From: Eubacteriales bacterium
Lineage (GTDB): Bacteria > Bacillota > Clostridia > Oscillospirales > CAG-272
Direction of reading: 5' to 3'
Length of the DNA stretch: 64,000 bases
NCBI GenBank assembly: GCA_045632565.1
Contig: JAZQWX010000013.1
Span: 678-64,677 of the forward strand
Of the stretch, positions 56,192-64,000 are shown piece by piece. The position numbers were made by a program, and so were the translations under genes. How positions within the stretch are numbered: position 1 is the first letter of the stretch; each line of letters opens with the position of its first letter. The notes beneath the pieces are model-generated. The model searched no databases and was not told the origin of the DNA. It saw nothing but the letters and a program-made list of their open reading frames with translations.

Positions 56192-57467
56192 TTCTCTTGG
56201 CGAGATGTATTACGAGATACGTCACAGAAGCGGACTCCCCATTTACGTGATCCCGAAGGACCTTTCCACAACCTATGCGCTGTTCGCTACACGATATGGC
56301 TCTCTTGACAATTGCTTCAGCGTTAACGAAAGTGAAGCTCCCCTTACCGTACCGGACGGAATTGCTCATTTTTTGGAGCACAAGATGTTTGAGGCCGAGG
56401 ATGGAACAGACACGTTCGAGCGTTTTGCACAGATCGGCGCATCCGCCAACGCCTTCACCTCCAACGATATGACGGCTTACGAATTTTCCTGTACGGATGA
56501 GCCGTATAAGGCACTCGAAATTCTTTTGGATTACGTGACGCACCCCTATTTCACCAAAGAAAACGTACAAAAGGAGCAGGGAATTATCGGGCAGGAGATC
56601 GGCATGTGTGACGACAATCCCATGCGCCGCCTGTATTACGAGCTTCTCAATCTGCTGTATGCGAAGGACAAGGTAAGGATCAATATATGCGGCACAAAAG
56701 AATCGATTGCCGAAATTACCCCGGAGCTGCTCTATCAGTGCTACAACACATTTTACCGCTTATCCAACATGGCGCTTATTATTTGCGGGCGTGTGGAATG
56801 CGATCCGATCATTGAGGTAGCAGACAGATTGCTGCAAGCCGAAGAATTTTCCAAAATCAATCGATATTACGAGGCAGAGCCTGAAACCGTTGCCGCGTCA
56901 AGAGGATCTGTTGCCATGTCTGTGGCACGTCCGCTGTTTGCGATCGGCATTAAGGACACACGAAAAATGCAAGGCGGCATGGAGGATGAGCGTCACGCTC
57001 TTATCCTGCGGATGATCGCCGACATGCTGTTTGGTTCTTCCGGTGACTTCTACAACGAGCTGTATGAAAGCGGCTTGCTCAACAACAATTTTGATGCGAG
57101 CTACGAAGCTTCCAGAACAAGTGCCTTTATGCTCCTGTGGGGCGAAGCGGATGACCCCGAGCTGATATATTCTAAAATCGCCAAAAAAATCGAGGCAGCA
57201 AAAAAGACCCCCCCTACGATGGAAGAATTTTTGAGGGCAAAACGCAATCATTATTCTGCGTATCTCCGTACCTTTGATTCTACCTCCGGAATTGCCAACG
57301 AATTTTTGGAGGATCTTTTTGCCGGAATCGATACGCTTGAGGTCGGCAACCTTTTATCCTCGATCACGTATGACGAGGTCGTTTCCGAAATCAAAGCTTT
57401 CTTTTCGGATGATCGAATGGCCATGTCCGTCGTTATGCCGATTACCGGGAGGGAAGAAACATGCTGA
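56160..57467 (+). CDS. M16-family zinc peptidase (HFLEH active-site motif)
   Basis: Internal ATG 56160 lies behind GGAGG. It has the GIAHFLEHKMFE motif and overlaps the upstream partner by 32 nt. Confidence 0.85.
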   Translation: MKTTILEHRNDSLGEMYYEIRHRSGLPIYVIPKDLSTTYALFATRYGSLDNCFSVNESEAPLTVPDGIAHFLEHKMFEAEDGTDTFERFAQIGASANAFTSNDMTAYEFSCTDEPYKALEILLDYVTHPYFTKENVQKEQGIIGQEIGMCDDNPMRRLYYELLNLLYAKDKVRINICGTKESIAEITPELLYQCYNTFYRLSNMALIICGRVECDPIIEVADRLLQAEEFSKINRYYEAEPETVAASRGSVAMSVARPLFAIGIKDTRKMQGGMEDERHALILRMIADMLFGSSGDFYNELYESGLLNNNFDASYEASRTSAFMLLWGEADDPELIYSKIAKKIEAAKKTPPTMEEFLRAKRNHYSAYLRTFDSTSGIANEFLEDLFAGIDTLEVGNLLSSITYDEVVSEIKAFFSDDRMAMSVVMPITGREETC

Positions 57468-58321
57468 AAATATCAACGTTATCCTTCCCGGGACTCGGAA
57501 TAGGGCAATTTAACGTCAATAGCGTGGCGTTTACGGTAGCGGGCATTTCGGTTGCATGGTACGGCATTATCATCACCCTCGGCATCGTATTATCCTGCCT
57601 GTACGTTATGTATCGCGCAAAGCGAAACGGGATCTCCTCCGATGACGTTTTGGATCTCGCTTTGATCGTTGTACCCGTTGGCATCGTATGTGCCCGCCTG
57701 TACTACGTTATCATGAAGCCGGAGCTTTACAAGACCTTCTTGGACGTGATCAACCTGCGTCAAGGCGGCCTTGCTATTTACGGCGGCATTATCGGCGGCG
57801 GCATTGCGGCGTGGTTGGTTGCCAGACACAAAAAGATCAACGTGATGCTTCTTTTGGATATTCTCGGACCTGCCGTGATGATCGGGCAGATCCTCGGACG
57901 CTGGGGCAACTTCATGAACGCCGAGGCATACGGCTCCGTAACCGATCTGCCGTGGCGCATGGGCATTCATTCATGGAGTGGTGTGTCCTACGTTCATCCC
58001 ACGTTCTTGTATGAATCTCTTTGGAATCTGCTTGGTTTTATCCTGCTGAATTTGCTGTTCAACAAGAAAAAACATCATGGGCAGATCTTCTACGGATATA
58101 TCACTTGGTACGGCTTCGGTCGCTTCTTTATCGAAGGTCTTCGCAGCGACAGCCTGTACCTCTTCGGCTCTGCTATTCGCACCTCGCAGCTGGTAGCGCT
58201 TCTTTGCGTTCTGTTCGGTGCAGGCATGCTGATCTATTTGGCGGTAAAGGATTATTTGGCTAAAAAGCGTCAAGAAATTTCAACAGAAATTGAGGTAACT
58301 GGAAATGGCAATTCGAATTGA
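57461..58321 (+). CDS. lgt: Prolipoprotein diacylglyceryl transferase
   Basis: Polytopic membrane protein with Lgt-like motifs ([13 protein letters not shown]). Confidence 0.92.
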   Translation: MLKISTLSFPGLGIGQFNVNSVAFTVAGISVAWYGIIITLGIVLSCLYVMYRAKRNGISSDDVLDLALIVVPVGIVCARLYYVIMKPELYKTFLDVINLRQGGLAIYGGIIGGGIAAWLVARHKKINVMLLLDILGPAVMIGQILGRWGNFMNAEAYGSVTDLPWRMGIHSWSGVSYVHPTFLYESLWNLLGFILLNLLFNKKKHHGQIFYGYITWYGFGRFFIEGLRSDSLYLFGSAIRTSQLVALLCVLFGAGMLIYLAVKDYLAKKRQEISTEIEVTGNGNSN

Positions 58322-59156
58322 CGGCAAAATGGTTTCCGCACATCTGCGGGAACAGATCAAAAAGGATGTTGCGGCACTAAAAGAAAAAAGCGGCGTAACG
58401 CCCGGTCTGGCGGTTGTTTTGGTGGGTGATGATCCTGCATCGGCAGTCTACGTACGCAACAAGCACCGCGCGTGTGATGAGGTCGGGATGTATTCCGAGG
58501 TCATCACGATGCCGGCAGATACCACCGAGGAGACGTTGCTTTCGCGCCTTGCAGAGCTGAACAGCGATCCGAAGATCCACGGCATTCTGGTACAGCTGCC
58601 GCTTCCCAAGCATATTTCCGAGGAAAAGGTGATCGCTGCGATCGATCCCAAAAAGGACGTGGATGCATTCCACGAAAGCAACGTTGGTAAGATCATGCTG
58701 GGCAATTACGATTTTCTGCCTTGCACGCCCGCCGGTGTGATGGAGCTTTTGCATTATTACGACATTTCGGTGCAGGGAAAGGATTGCGTGGTGGTGGGCC
58801 GCAGCAACATCGTCGGCAAGCCCCAGGCAATGCTACTGCTTGGCGAAAACGGCACGGTAACCGTGTGCCACTCCCGAACAAAAAATCTTGCCGAAAAAAC
58901 ACGCGCCGCCGACATTTTGGTCGTGGCGATCGGTCGCCCGAATTTCATTACGCCAGATATGGTCAAGCCGGGTGCTGTGGTGATCGACGTAGGTATTAAC
59001 CGCCTGCCCGACGGCAAGCTGTGCGGTGACGTGGATTTTGCAGGCGTTGAGCCCATCGCCGAGGCCATTACCCCCGTTCCGGGCGGCGTTGGTCCTATGA
59101 CCATTACGGTTCTTCTTAAAAACGCCCTGAAGGCGGCTGAAAAATCCTTACAATAA
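58305..59156 (+). CDS. folD: Bifunctional methylenetetrahydrofolate dehydrogenase/cyclohydrolase
   Basis: FolD motifs are present: [21 protein letters not shown] and PGGVGPMT. Confidence 0.94.
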   Translation: MAIRIDGKMVSAHLREQIKKDVAALKEKSGVTPGLAVVLVGDDPASAVYVRNKHRACDEVGMYSEVITMPADTTEETLLSRLAELNSDPKIHGILVQLPLPKHISEEKVIAAIDPKKDVDAFHESNVGKIMLGNYDFLPCTPAGVMELLHYYDISVQGKDCVVVGRSNIVGKPQAMLLLGENGTVTVCHSRTKNLAEKTRAADILVVAIGRPNFITPDMVKPGAVVIDVGINRLPDGKLCGDVDFAGVEPIAEAITPVPGGVGPMTITVLLKNALKAAEKSLQ

Positions 59157-59180
59157 ATAGAAAAAAGTTTCTGTTTGCTA

Positions 59181-59209
59181 TTGACAATCAAGGTTTTATA
59201 TGTTATAAT
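59181..59209 (+). promoter_or_regulatory. Sigma-A promoter for rplU-prp-rpmA: TTGACA 59181-59186, 17-nt spacer, TGtTATAAT
   Basis: Consensus -35 and extended -10 read directly from the sequence. Confidence 0.75.
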
Positions 59210-59215
59210 GCAATG

Positions 59216-59287
59216 ACGCTTATCTCGGGCTTCTAAGGCATTGCCGCCTGAAGGTAGCGATTTTGACAAGAAAGTGAGGTGCTTTTC
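59216..59287 (+). promoter_or_regulatory. 5' leader of the L21 operon (candidate L21-leader-type element)
   Basis: The UTR of about 70 nt lies between the promoter and the rplU RBS. A ribosomal-protein leader is known at this position in Firmicutes. The structure was not verified. Confidence 0.35.
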
Positions 59288-59599
59288 GTGTACGCAGTTA
59301 TTGAAACGGGTGGAAAGCAGTACAAAGTCAGCGAAGGCGATGAAATCTTCATCGAGAAGCTGGGTGTTGAGGATGGCGCAACCGTAACCTTTGATAAGGT
59401 TCTCGCCGTTGCCGCTGATGCTCTGACCGTCGGCGCTCCCTACGTGGCAGGCGCAGCTGTTGAGGCTTCCGTTGTGAAGTCCGGCAGAGGCAAGAAGATC
59501 TACGTTCTGAAGTACAAGGCAAAGAAGAACGAGAAGAAGAAGATCGGCCACCGTCAGGACTACACCAAGGTTCGCATTACCAAGATCGTAGTAGGCTAA
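59288..59599 (+). CDS. rplU: 50S ribosomal protein L21
   Basis: GTG start at 59288 gives [14 protein letters not shown], behind GAGGTG. Confidence 0.93.
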   Translation: MYAVIETGGKQYKVSEGDEIFIEKLGVEDGATVTFDKVLAVAADALTVGAPYVAGAAVEASVVKSGRGKKIYVLKYKAKKNEKKKIGHRQDYTKVRITKIVVG

Positions 59600-59600
59600 T

Positions 59601-59960
59601 ATGACAAAGATCACGTTTTACAAGTCAAACGGCGTGTTTTACGCGTTTGAAGAAACGGGGCATACCGGTTACGGTGAATCAGGGGATGACGTTTTGTGCG
59701 CAGCCCTTTCCGCCATGACCATGCTGATCGTCAATGCCATTGAGGTGTCTTACGCTTCGGATGTCGAGTACATCATTGACGAAAAGACCACCGATATCAA
59801 GGTTATTGCACGCGGCGCGTTGCCCGCCTACGAAGCAAGCGATGAAAAACGCTTTGCAGTTTCCGGACTTATTCAGGCTTACTATTACCAGTTAAACGAT
59901 CTGATCGAGGAATATTATGATTTCCTCTCGGTTGAGGTGACAGACGAGCTGATCGTTTGA
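59601..59960 (+). CDS. prp: Ribosomal-processing cysteine protease Prp (YsxB family)
   Basis: 119 aa between rplU and rpmA, with GH...DVLCAA motifs typical of Prp. Confidence 0.88.
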   Translation: MTKITFYKSNGVFYAFEETGHTGYGESGDDVLCAALSAMTMLIVNAIEVSYASDVEYIIDEKTTDIKVIARGALPAYEASDEKRFAVSGLIQAYYYQLNDLIEEYYDFLSVEVTDELIV

Positions 59961-59999
59961 GTCCAAGCTTTTCAAAATTCAAAATGGAGGTTCCCTTTG

Positions 60000-60278
60000 A
60001 TGCTGAGAATCAGTTTGCAGTTTTTTGCTCACAAAAAGGGCGTTGGTTCTACCAAAAACGGCCGCGATAGCGAATCGAAGCGTCTTGGCGTAAAGTGTGC
60101 AGACGGCCAGAGCGTGCTCGCCGGCAACATCATCGTCAGACAGCGCGGCACCAAGATCCATCCCGGTACCGGTGTTGGAATTGGTACGGACGATACCCTG
60201 TATGCTCTCGTAAACGGCAAGGTTAAGTTCGAGCATATCACCAAGGATAAGAAAAAGGTCAGCGTATACGCCGACTAA
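60000..60278 (+). CDS. rpmA: 50S ribosomal protein L27 with an N-terminal pro-sequence ([14 protein letters not shown])
   Basis: The L27 core follows a Prp cleavage-type FF|A motif. The start may be TTG 59997 or ATG 60000. Confidence 0.93.
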   Translation: MLRISLQFFAHKKGVGSTKNGRDSESKRLGVKCADGQSVLAGNIIVRQRGTKIHPGTGVGIGTDDTLYALVNGKVKFEHITKDKKKVSVYAD

Positions 60279-60287
60279 ATACACCAA

Positions 60288-60324
60288 AAGAGAGCAGGTA
60301 ATGATTATCTGCTCTCTTTGCTTA
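60288..60324 (+). terminator. Probable terminator after rpmA
   Basis: Stem AAAGAGAGCAG 60288-60298 pairs with CTGCTCTCTTT 60309-60319. The T-tract is weak. Confidence 0.5.
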
Positions 60325-60341
60325 CAATGAGGTAAAATAAA

Positions 60342-61247
60342 ATGACACTACTTGTATTGGCCGCGGGCATGGGCTCGCGTTACGGTGGTCTTAAGCAGCT
60401 GGATCCTATGACGGAGCACGGAGAATTTATCATCGATTTTTCCATTTACGATGCCATTCGTGCCGGCTACAACAAAGTTGTTTTTGTTATTAAAAAGGAA
60501 AATTACGACGCTTTCCGTGAAACCATTGGCAAGCGCCTTGAAAAGGTTATAGAAGTACAATACGCTTTCCAGGAGATGGAGAATATTCCTGCAGGAACCT
60601 CCGTTCCCGCAGAGCGCGTAAAGCCTCTTGGAACAGCACACGCCCTGCTTGCGGCGCGTGATCTGATTCATGAGAAGTTTTCGGTTATCAATGCCGATGA
60701 CTATTACGGGCCGTCCGCTTACAAAAAGGCAGCCGACTATCTGAATTCCGTGGAAGACGGCCATTTCTGCATGGTTGGCTACGTCCTCAAAAATACCCTG
60801 ACCGATCACGGAACGGTTTCCCGCGGTATCTGCGTGGAAAAAGGCGACGGCACGCTGGAATCCATCACGGAGCGCACCAAAATTCGCCACGCCGAGGACG
60901 GCAGATCTGCTGAATATTTAGATGGTGAAGCTTGGATCTCGCTTCCGTATGAAAGCATCGCTTCCATGAATTTCTTTGGCTATGATCCCTCCATCTTTGC
61001 TTTTGCAGAAGAGGGCTTCGCGCGTTTCCTTAACGATCCCGCGACCGATCTTCTGAAGGGCGAATACTATCTCCCCACCATGACCTCGGAAATGATGGCG
61101 GCAGGGAAGTGCGATTTGAAAGTGCTGAAGAGCACCGACGAATGGCACGGCGTGACCTACCATGAAGACAAGGCCGAGGTTGTTGCCTGCATTCAGAAAT
61201 TGGTGGCAGACGGCGTTTATCCCGACGGACTCTGGAAGAATAATTAA
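60342..61247 (+). CDS. Sugar-phosphate nucleotidyltransferase family protein
   Basis: N-terminal LAAGMGSRYGG (GxGxR-type) motif. Its substrate is unknown. Confidence 0.75.
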   Translation: MTLLVLAAGMGSRYGGLKQLDPMTEHGEFIIDFSIYDAIRAGYNKVVFVIKKENYDAFRETIGKRLEKVIEVQYAFQEMENIPAGTSVPAERVKPLGTAHALLAARDLIHEKFSVINADDYYGPSAYKKAADYLNSVEDGHFCMVGYVLKNTLTDHGTVSRGICVEKGDGTLESITERTKIRHAEDGRSAEYLDGEAWISLPYESIASMNFFGYDPSIFAFAEEGFARFLNDPATDLLKGEYYLPTMTSEMMAAGKCDLKVLKSTDEWHGVTYHEDKAEVVACIQKLVADGVYPDGLWKNN

Positions 61248-61258
61248 GGAGAAAAATC

Positions 61259-62275
61259 ATGGCTATTCTTGTAACAGGCGGTACCGGATACATCGGCTCT
61301 CACACGACTGTAGAGCTGCTTGGCATCGGCAAAGACGTTATCATCGTTGACAACCTCTCCAACAGCAAAGCCTGCGTTCTTGACAGAATTGAGGCCATCA
61401 CCGGCAAGCGCCCTACCTTTTATCAGGTAGATCTCTTGGACGAAGCGGCACTCAACGAGGTTTTTGACAAGCACCCTGAGATCGATTCCGTCATCCATTT
61501 TGCAGGTCTGAAGGCGGTTGGTGAATCCTGCTCCTTACCTCTGAAATATTATCACAACAACCTGACCGGTACCTTTATTCTGCTGGAGGCCATGGCAAAG
61601 CACAACGTCAACCGCATTGTGTTCAGCTCCTCCGCTACGGTGTACGGCGTACCGAAAAGCGTTCCGATCCGTGAGGATTTTCCGCTTTCCACCACCAACC
61701 CTTACGGTGAAACCAAGCTGATGATCGAGCGCATCATGAAGGATGCCTGTGCGGCAAATTCGGCGCTCAGCGTGTCTATTCTGCGCTATTTCAACCCCAT
61801 CGGAGCGCACGAAAGCGGTATGATCGGTGAAGATCCACGCGGTATTCCGAACAATCTTCTTCCGTACGTGGCAAAGGTTGCCGCAGGGAAGCTGCCCAAG
61901 CTGAACGTTTTTGGCAACGATTACCCCACGATCGACGGTACCGGCGTGCGTGACTACATTCACGTAGTAGACCTGGCGCTTGCACATTTGAAAGCCCTTG
62001 AACGTACCGAAAGCGTGCAGGGAATTGAGTACTTTAATATCGGTACGGGCACAGGATATTCCGTGCTGCAGATCGTCGCAGCCTTCGAAAAAGCATACGG
62101 CGCACCCGTTCCGTACGTGATTGCCGATCGTCGTCCCGGCGATATCGCAGAATGCTACGCAGACCCCAAAAAGGCTGCTGAAATTCTCAATTGGCGTGCC
62201 GAGCGCAACCTTGAAAAGATGTGCGAGGACAGTGCCAGATGGCAGAAGCAGAACCCGGACGGTTACCCGGACTAA
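61259..62275 (+). CDS. galE: UDP-glucose 4-epimerase
   Basis: GGTGYIGSH NAD motif, YGETK (YxxxK), and GalE-like sequence throughout. Confidence 0.93.
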   Translation: MAILVTGGTGYIGSHTTVELLGIGKDVIIVDNLSNSKACVLDRIEAITGKRPTFYQVDLLDEAALNEVFDKHPEIDSVIHFAGLKAVGESCSLPLKYYHNNLTGTFILLEAMAKHNVNRIVFSSSATVYGVPKSVPIREDFPLSTTNPYGETKLMIERIMKDACAANSALSVSILRYFNPIGAHESGMIGEDPRGIPNNLLPYVAKVAAGKLPKLNVFGNDYPTIDGTGVRDYIHVVDLALAHLKALERTESVQGIEYFNIGTGTGYSVLQIVAAFEKAYGAPVPYVIADRRPGDIAECYADPKKAAEILNWRAERNLEKMCEDSARWQKQNPDGYPD

Positions 62276-62289
62276 TAAAAAGCGAGAGA

Positions 62290-62326
62290 AAACACACGGC
62301 AGAACGATCTTCCGTGTGTTTTTTGT
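62290..62326 (+). terminator. Intrinsic terminator after galE
   Basis: Stem AACACACGG 62291-62299 pairs with CCGTGTGTT 62312-62320, followed by a T-run. Confidence 0.8.
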
Positions 62327-62410
62327 TTTGCGATTTTGTATAATGGCAAACAACAAAGAGCAACAAGAAAGCAGGGAAATTTAAAAAAACGGAACTAATT
62401 CTTCGGCAGA

Positions 62411-63187
62411 TCACATGTTTTGACGCAGAATTTCATATCCGAGGATCGTAGTGGCCGAAGCGGCAGATAAGGAGGCGCGGAATTCGCGCCCATATGGGAT
62501 TTTTACCACGATATCAGCCTGTTCCAAAATGCTTTTGGAAATGCCACGACGCTCTCCGCCGACTATCAAAAGAAGCGGTTTTTTCAAAAAGGTTTCCTGC
62601 AAAATATGATCGGTATCTTCATCTGCACAAACGACGTTGTAGCCTTTTTGGTGGAAGAGCGCAACCGCCTCCGCGGGATCGGCCACAAAGATCTGAAAAC
62701 GCTCGGAAGCCCCCGCCGATGAACGCGCAACAACGCCTGCCGCACTCAACCAATTTCGCTCGGAAAGAATGATCCCGCTTGCACCGCATGCATAAAGAGA
62801 GCGCAGGGCATAGCCAAAATTGTACGGATCTTCTATGCCTTGGATCATGGCATAGAATCCGTTTTCCTCAATCATACCGATGCTTTCTGACAGACGAGGA
62901 AGCGTTCTTTCACCGCATTCCGCCAATACGCCGCCATGCGTCGTGCCAAGTGAAAGTCGGTCGATTTCTTCTCCCGACGCCAGCTGTAACGTATATCCGA
63001 ATTCTTCGGATTTTCTCTGCAAAAAATGCAGCTCGCGGGCGTCTTTTTTTTGCTTGCTTTCATCGAACAGAACCCGCAAAATCGGACGGTCATTGAGCCC
63101 TTCTGCGCGCCCCTCAAACAGCGCACGCAGCGACGTCATCCCCTCTAATACTGTTGAGGACTCAAATTTAATACTTTCTTTTTGCAT
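62411..63187 (-). CDS. TrmH/SpoU-family RNA methyltransferase
   Basis: Internal ATG 63187 (MQKESIKFESS...). SpoU motifs are present (IEDPYNFGYALRS, VGGERRGIS, LSAASA). The RBS is weak. Confidence 0.8.
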   Translation of the reverse strand: MQKESIKFESSTVLEGMTSLRALFEGRAEGLNDRPILRVLFDESKQKKDARELHFLQRKSEEFGYTLQLASGEEIDRLSLGTTHGGVLAECGERTLPRLSESIGMIEENGFYAMIQGIEDPYNFGYALRSLYACGASGIILSERNWLSAAGVVARSSAGASERFQIFVADPAEAVALFHQKGYNVVCADEDTDHILQETFLKKPLLLIVGGERRGISKSILEQADIVVKIPYGREFRASLSAASATTILGYEILRQNM

Positions 63188-63263
63188 GATACGGCAAAAC
63201 CTTTCATATAGTTTAACAAGAATGTATGAAGGAGGAAAATCGCCTTTGCCGGCGATCCTTATC

Positions 63264-63530
63264 ATGATGAAGGTGCACAAACAAAGCGACAGGTGCGAGC
63301 AGTTAGCAGCTTATTTGATCGAAAACAGAGCAACTGTACGGCAGGTAGCCCACGTTTTTGGCATTAGCAAAAGTACAGTACATAAGGATATCACCACGAG
63401 ATTGCGCTATGTAAACAAGCAACTATATGCAAAATCGAAGGATATTTTGGAGCAGAACAAGCAAGAACGCCATTTGCGTGGCGGAGAGGCCACACGGCAA
63501 AAATACCTTGAAAAATCGGGGAAGTGCTAA
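63264..63530 (+). CDS. spoIIID: Sporulation transcriptional regulator SpoIIID
   Basis: The C-terminal 88 aa of ORF 62880..63530 has the VFGISKSTVHKDIT HTH and the RHLRGGEAT motif, as in Bacillus SpoIIID. The start is uncertain: ATG 63264 or 63267, or TTG 63246, which lies 10 nt after AAGGAGG. Confidence 0.88.
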   Translation: MMKVHKQSDRCEQLAAYLIENRATVRQVAHVFGISKSTVHKDITTRLRYVNKQLYAKSKDILEQNKQERHLRGGEATRQKYLEKSGKC

Positions 63531-63533
63531 TTT

Positions 63534-64000
63534 TCAAAAGCATCCTTCAAAAAAAGCCGCCGTTTTTAGGGATAACGCCTCAAAAACACTTTTGCCGCAT
63601 TGATTCTCTATAATTTCCATCATTTTCTCGTCAACAGGGCCTCTACGATCCATACCGTGTGCATTTGATCCCACAACAACGGTATGTCCCGTATGCAGCA
63701 GACGAACGGCTTCGTATAATATGGGCTTGTCGCACAAAGCACGTGCAGTAAACTGGTATACCGTGCCCGGTAAATTTGCCAAAACATCATAATCCTGTTG
63801 GCTGTACATTAAAAAATACCGTTCTGTGCAGGTGATCATAGGCGTCAGCTTTCGTTTGTGCAAAATATGCGCCATTTCCGCCATCATTTGTCGATCAAAT
63901 CCGGAAAGCGGTAGCTCAAGCGGCAAACAACGCGTGTTGGTAATGCATAGACGTTCGAGCAACGCAAGTTTGGAAATGCCGTTACAAAGATAGACCTCGG
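63534..64000 (-). CDS. Partial CDS (N-terminus beyond the window), possibly a PHP-type protein-tyrosine phosphatase (CpsB/YwqE-like)
   Basis: The frame stays open to the window edge. The segment VVVGSNAHGMDRRGP resembles the ASDAHxxxxRxP region of CpsB-family phosphatases. The call is tentative. Confidence 0.4.
   Translation of the reverse strand, partial: EVYLCNGISKLALLERLCITNTRCLPLELPLSGFDRQMMAEMAHILHKRKLTPMITCTERYFLMYSQQDYDVLANLPGTVYQFTARALCDKPILYEAVRLLHTGHTVVVGSNAHGMDRRGPVDEKMMEIIENQCGKSVFEALSLKTAAFFEGCF

Noticed and set aside
62336-62384. A TGTATAAT-like -10 element and a 13-codon mini-ORF (MANNKEQQESREI) between galE and the convergent TrmH gene.
   Set aside because: It has no -35 and no RBS. 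It lies in a convergent terminator region, so it is likely fortuitous.
62880-63245. The N-terminal ~120 codons of the 216-aa ORF that contains spoIIID.
   Set aside because: This part is antisense to the TrmH-family gene and has no homology signal. SpoIIID similarity begins only at about residue 129, and an AAGGAGG RBS lies at 63229-63235.

Overview
This is a densely packed, almost entirely protein-coding chromosomal segment from a spore-forming Firmicute. The taxon is inferred from gene content only and looks like Clostridia, possibly Oscillospiraceae or Ruminococcaceae. Most of the window consists of housekeeping blocks with Bacillus-like synteny: yqfC-yqfD-phoH-ybeY-era-recO-mutS2; lon-engB-M50-scpA-scpB-ytfI-ytfJ-dacB-rluB on the minus strand; infC-rpmI-rplT; dprA-topA-trmFO-plsX-rnc-smc-ftsY; nadD-yqeK-LCP-rsfS-leuS; rpsU; and lgt-folD followed by rplU-prp-rpmA. 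Sporulation genes are interspersed: ylbJ, yqfC/D, dacB, ytfI/J, a pdaA-like gene, spoVT and spoIIID. I found no rRNA, tRNA, CRISPR array, transposase, integrase or recognisable defence or mobile module, and intergenic regions are short (under about 360 nt). I cannot point to a convincing novel system. The best unexplained candidate is a two-gene module at 46757-48088, consisting of a 135-aa minimal P-loop protein and a 278-aa protein with 21 cysteines including a CNCPCCYTCCSC cluster. Secondary curiosities are an RdgB-YhbY fusion ORF, a split YuxG-like aldolase/SDR operon with a PHP protein next to a GH116 glycosidase, a membrane-tethered XRE regulator with a zinc ribbon, and a strong terminator immediately in front of the Cys-rich gene. 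Many very long antisense ORFs in the track are codon-bias shadows of the real genes. All family assignments come from reading motifs and overall similarity by eye; no searches were run.
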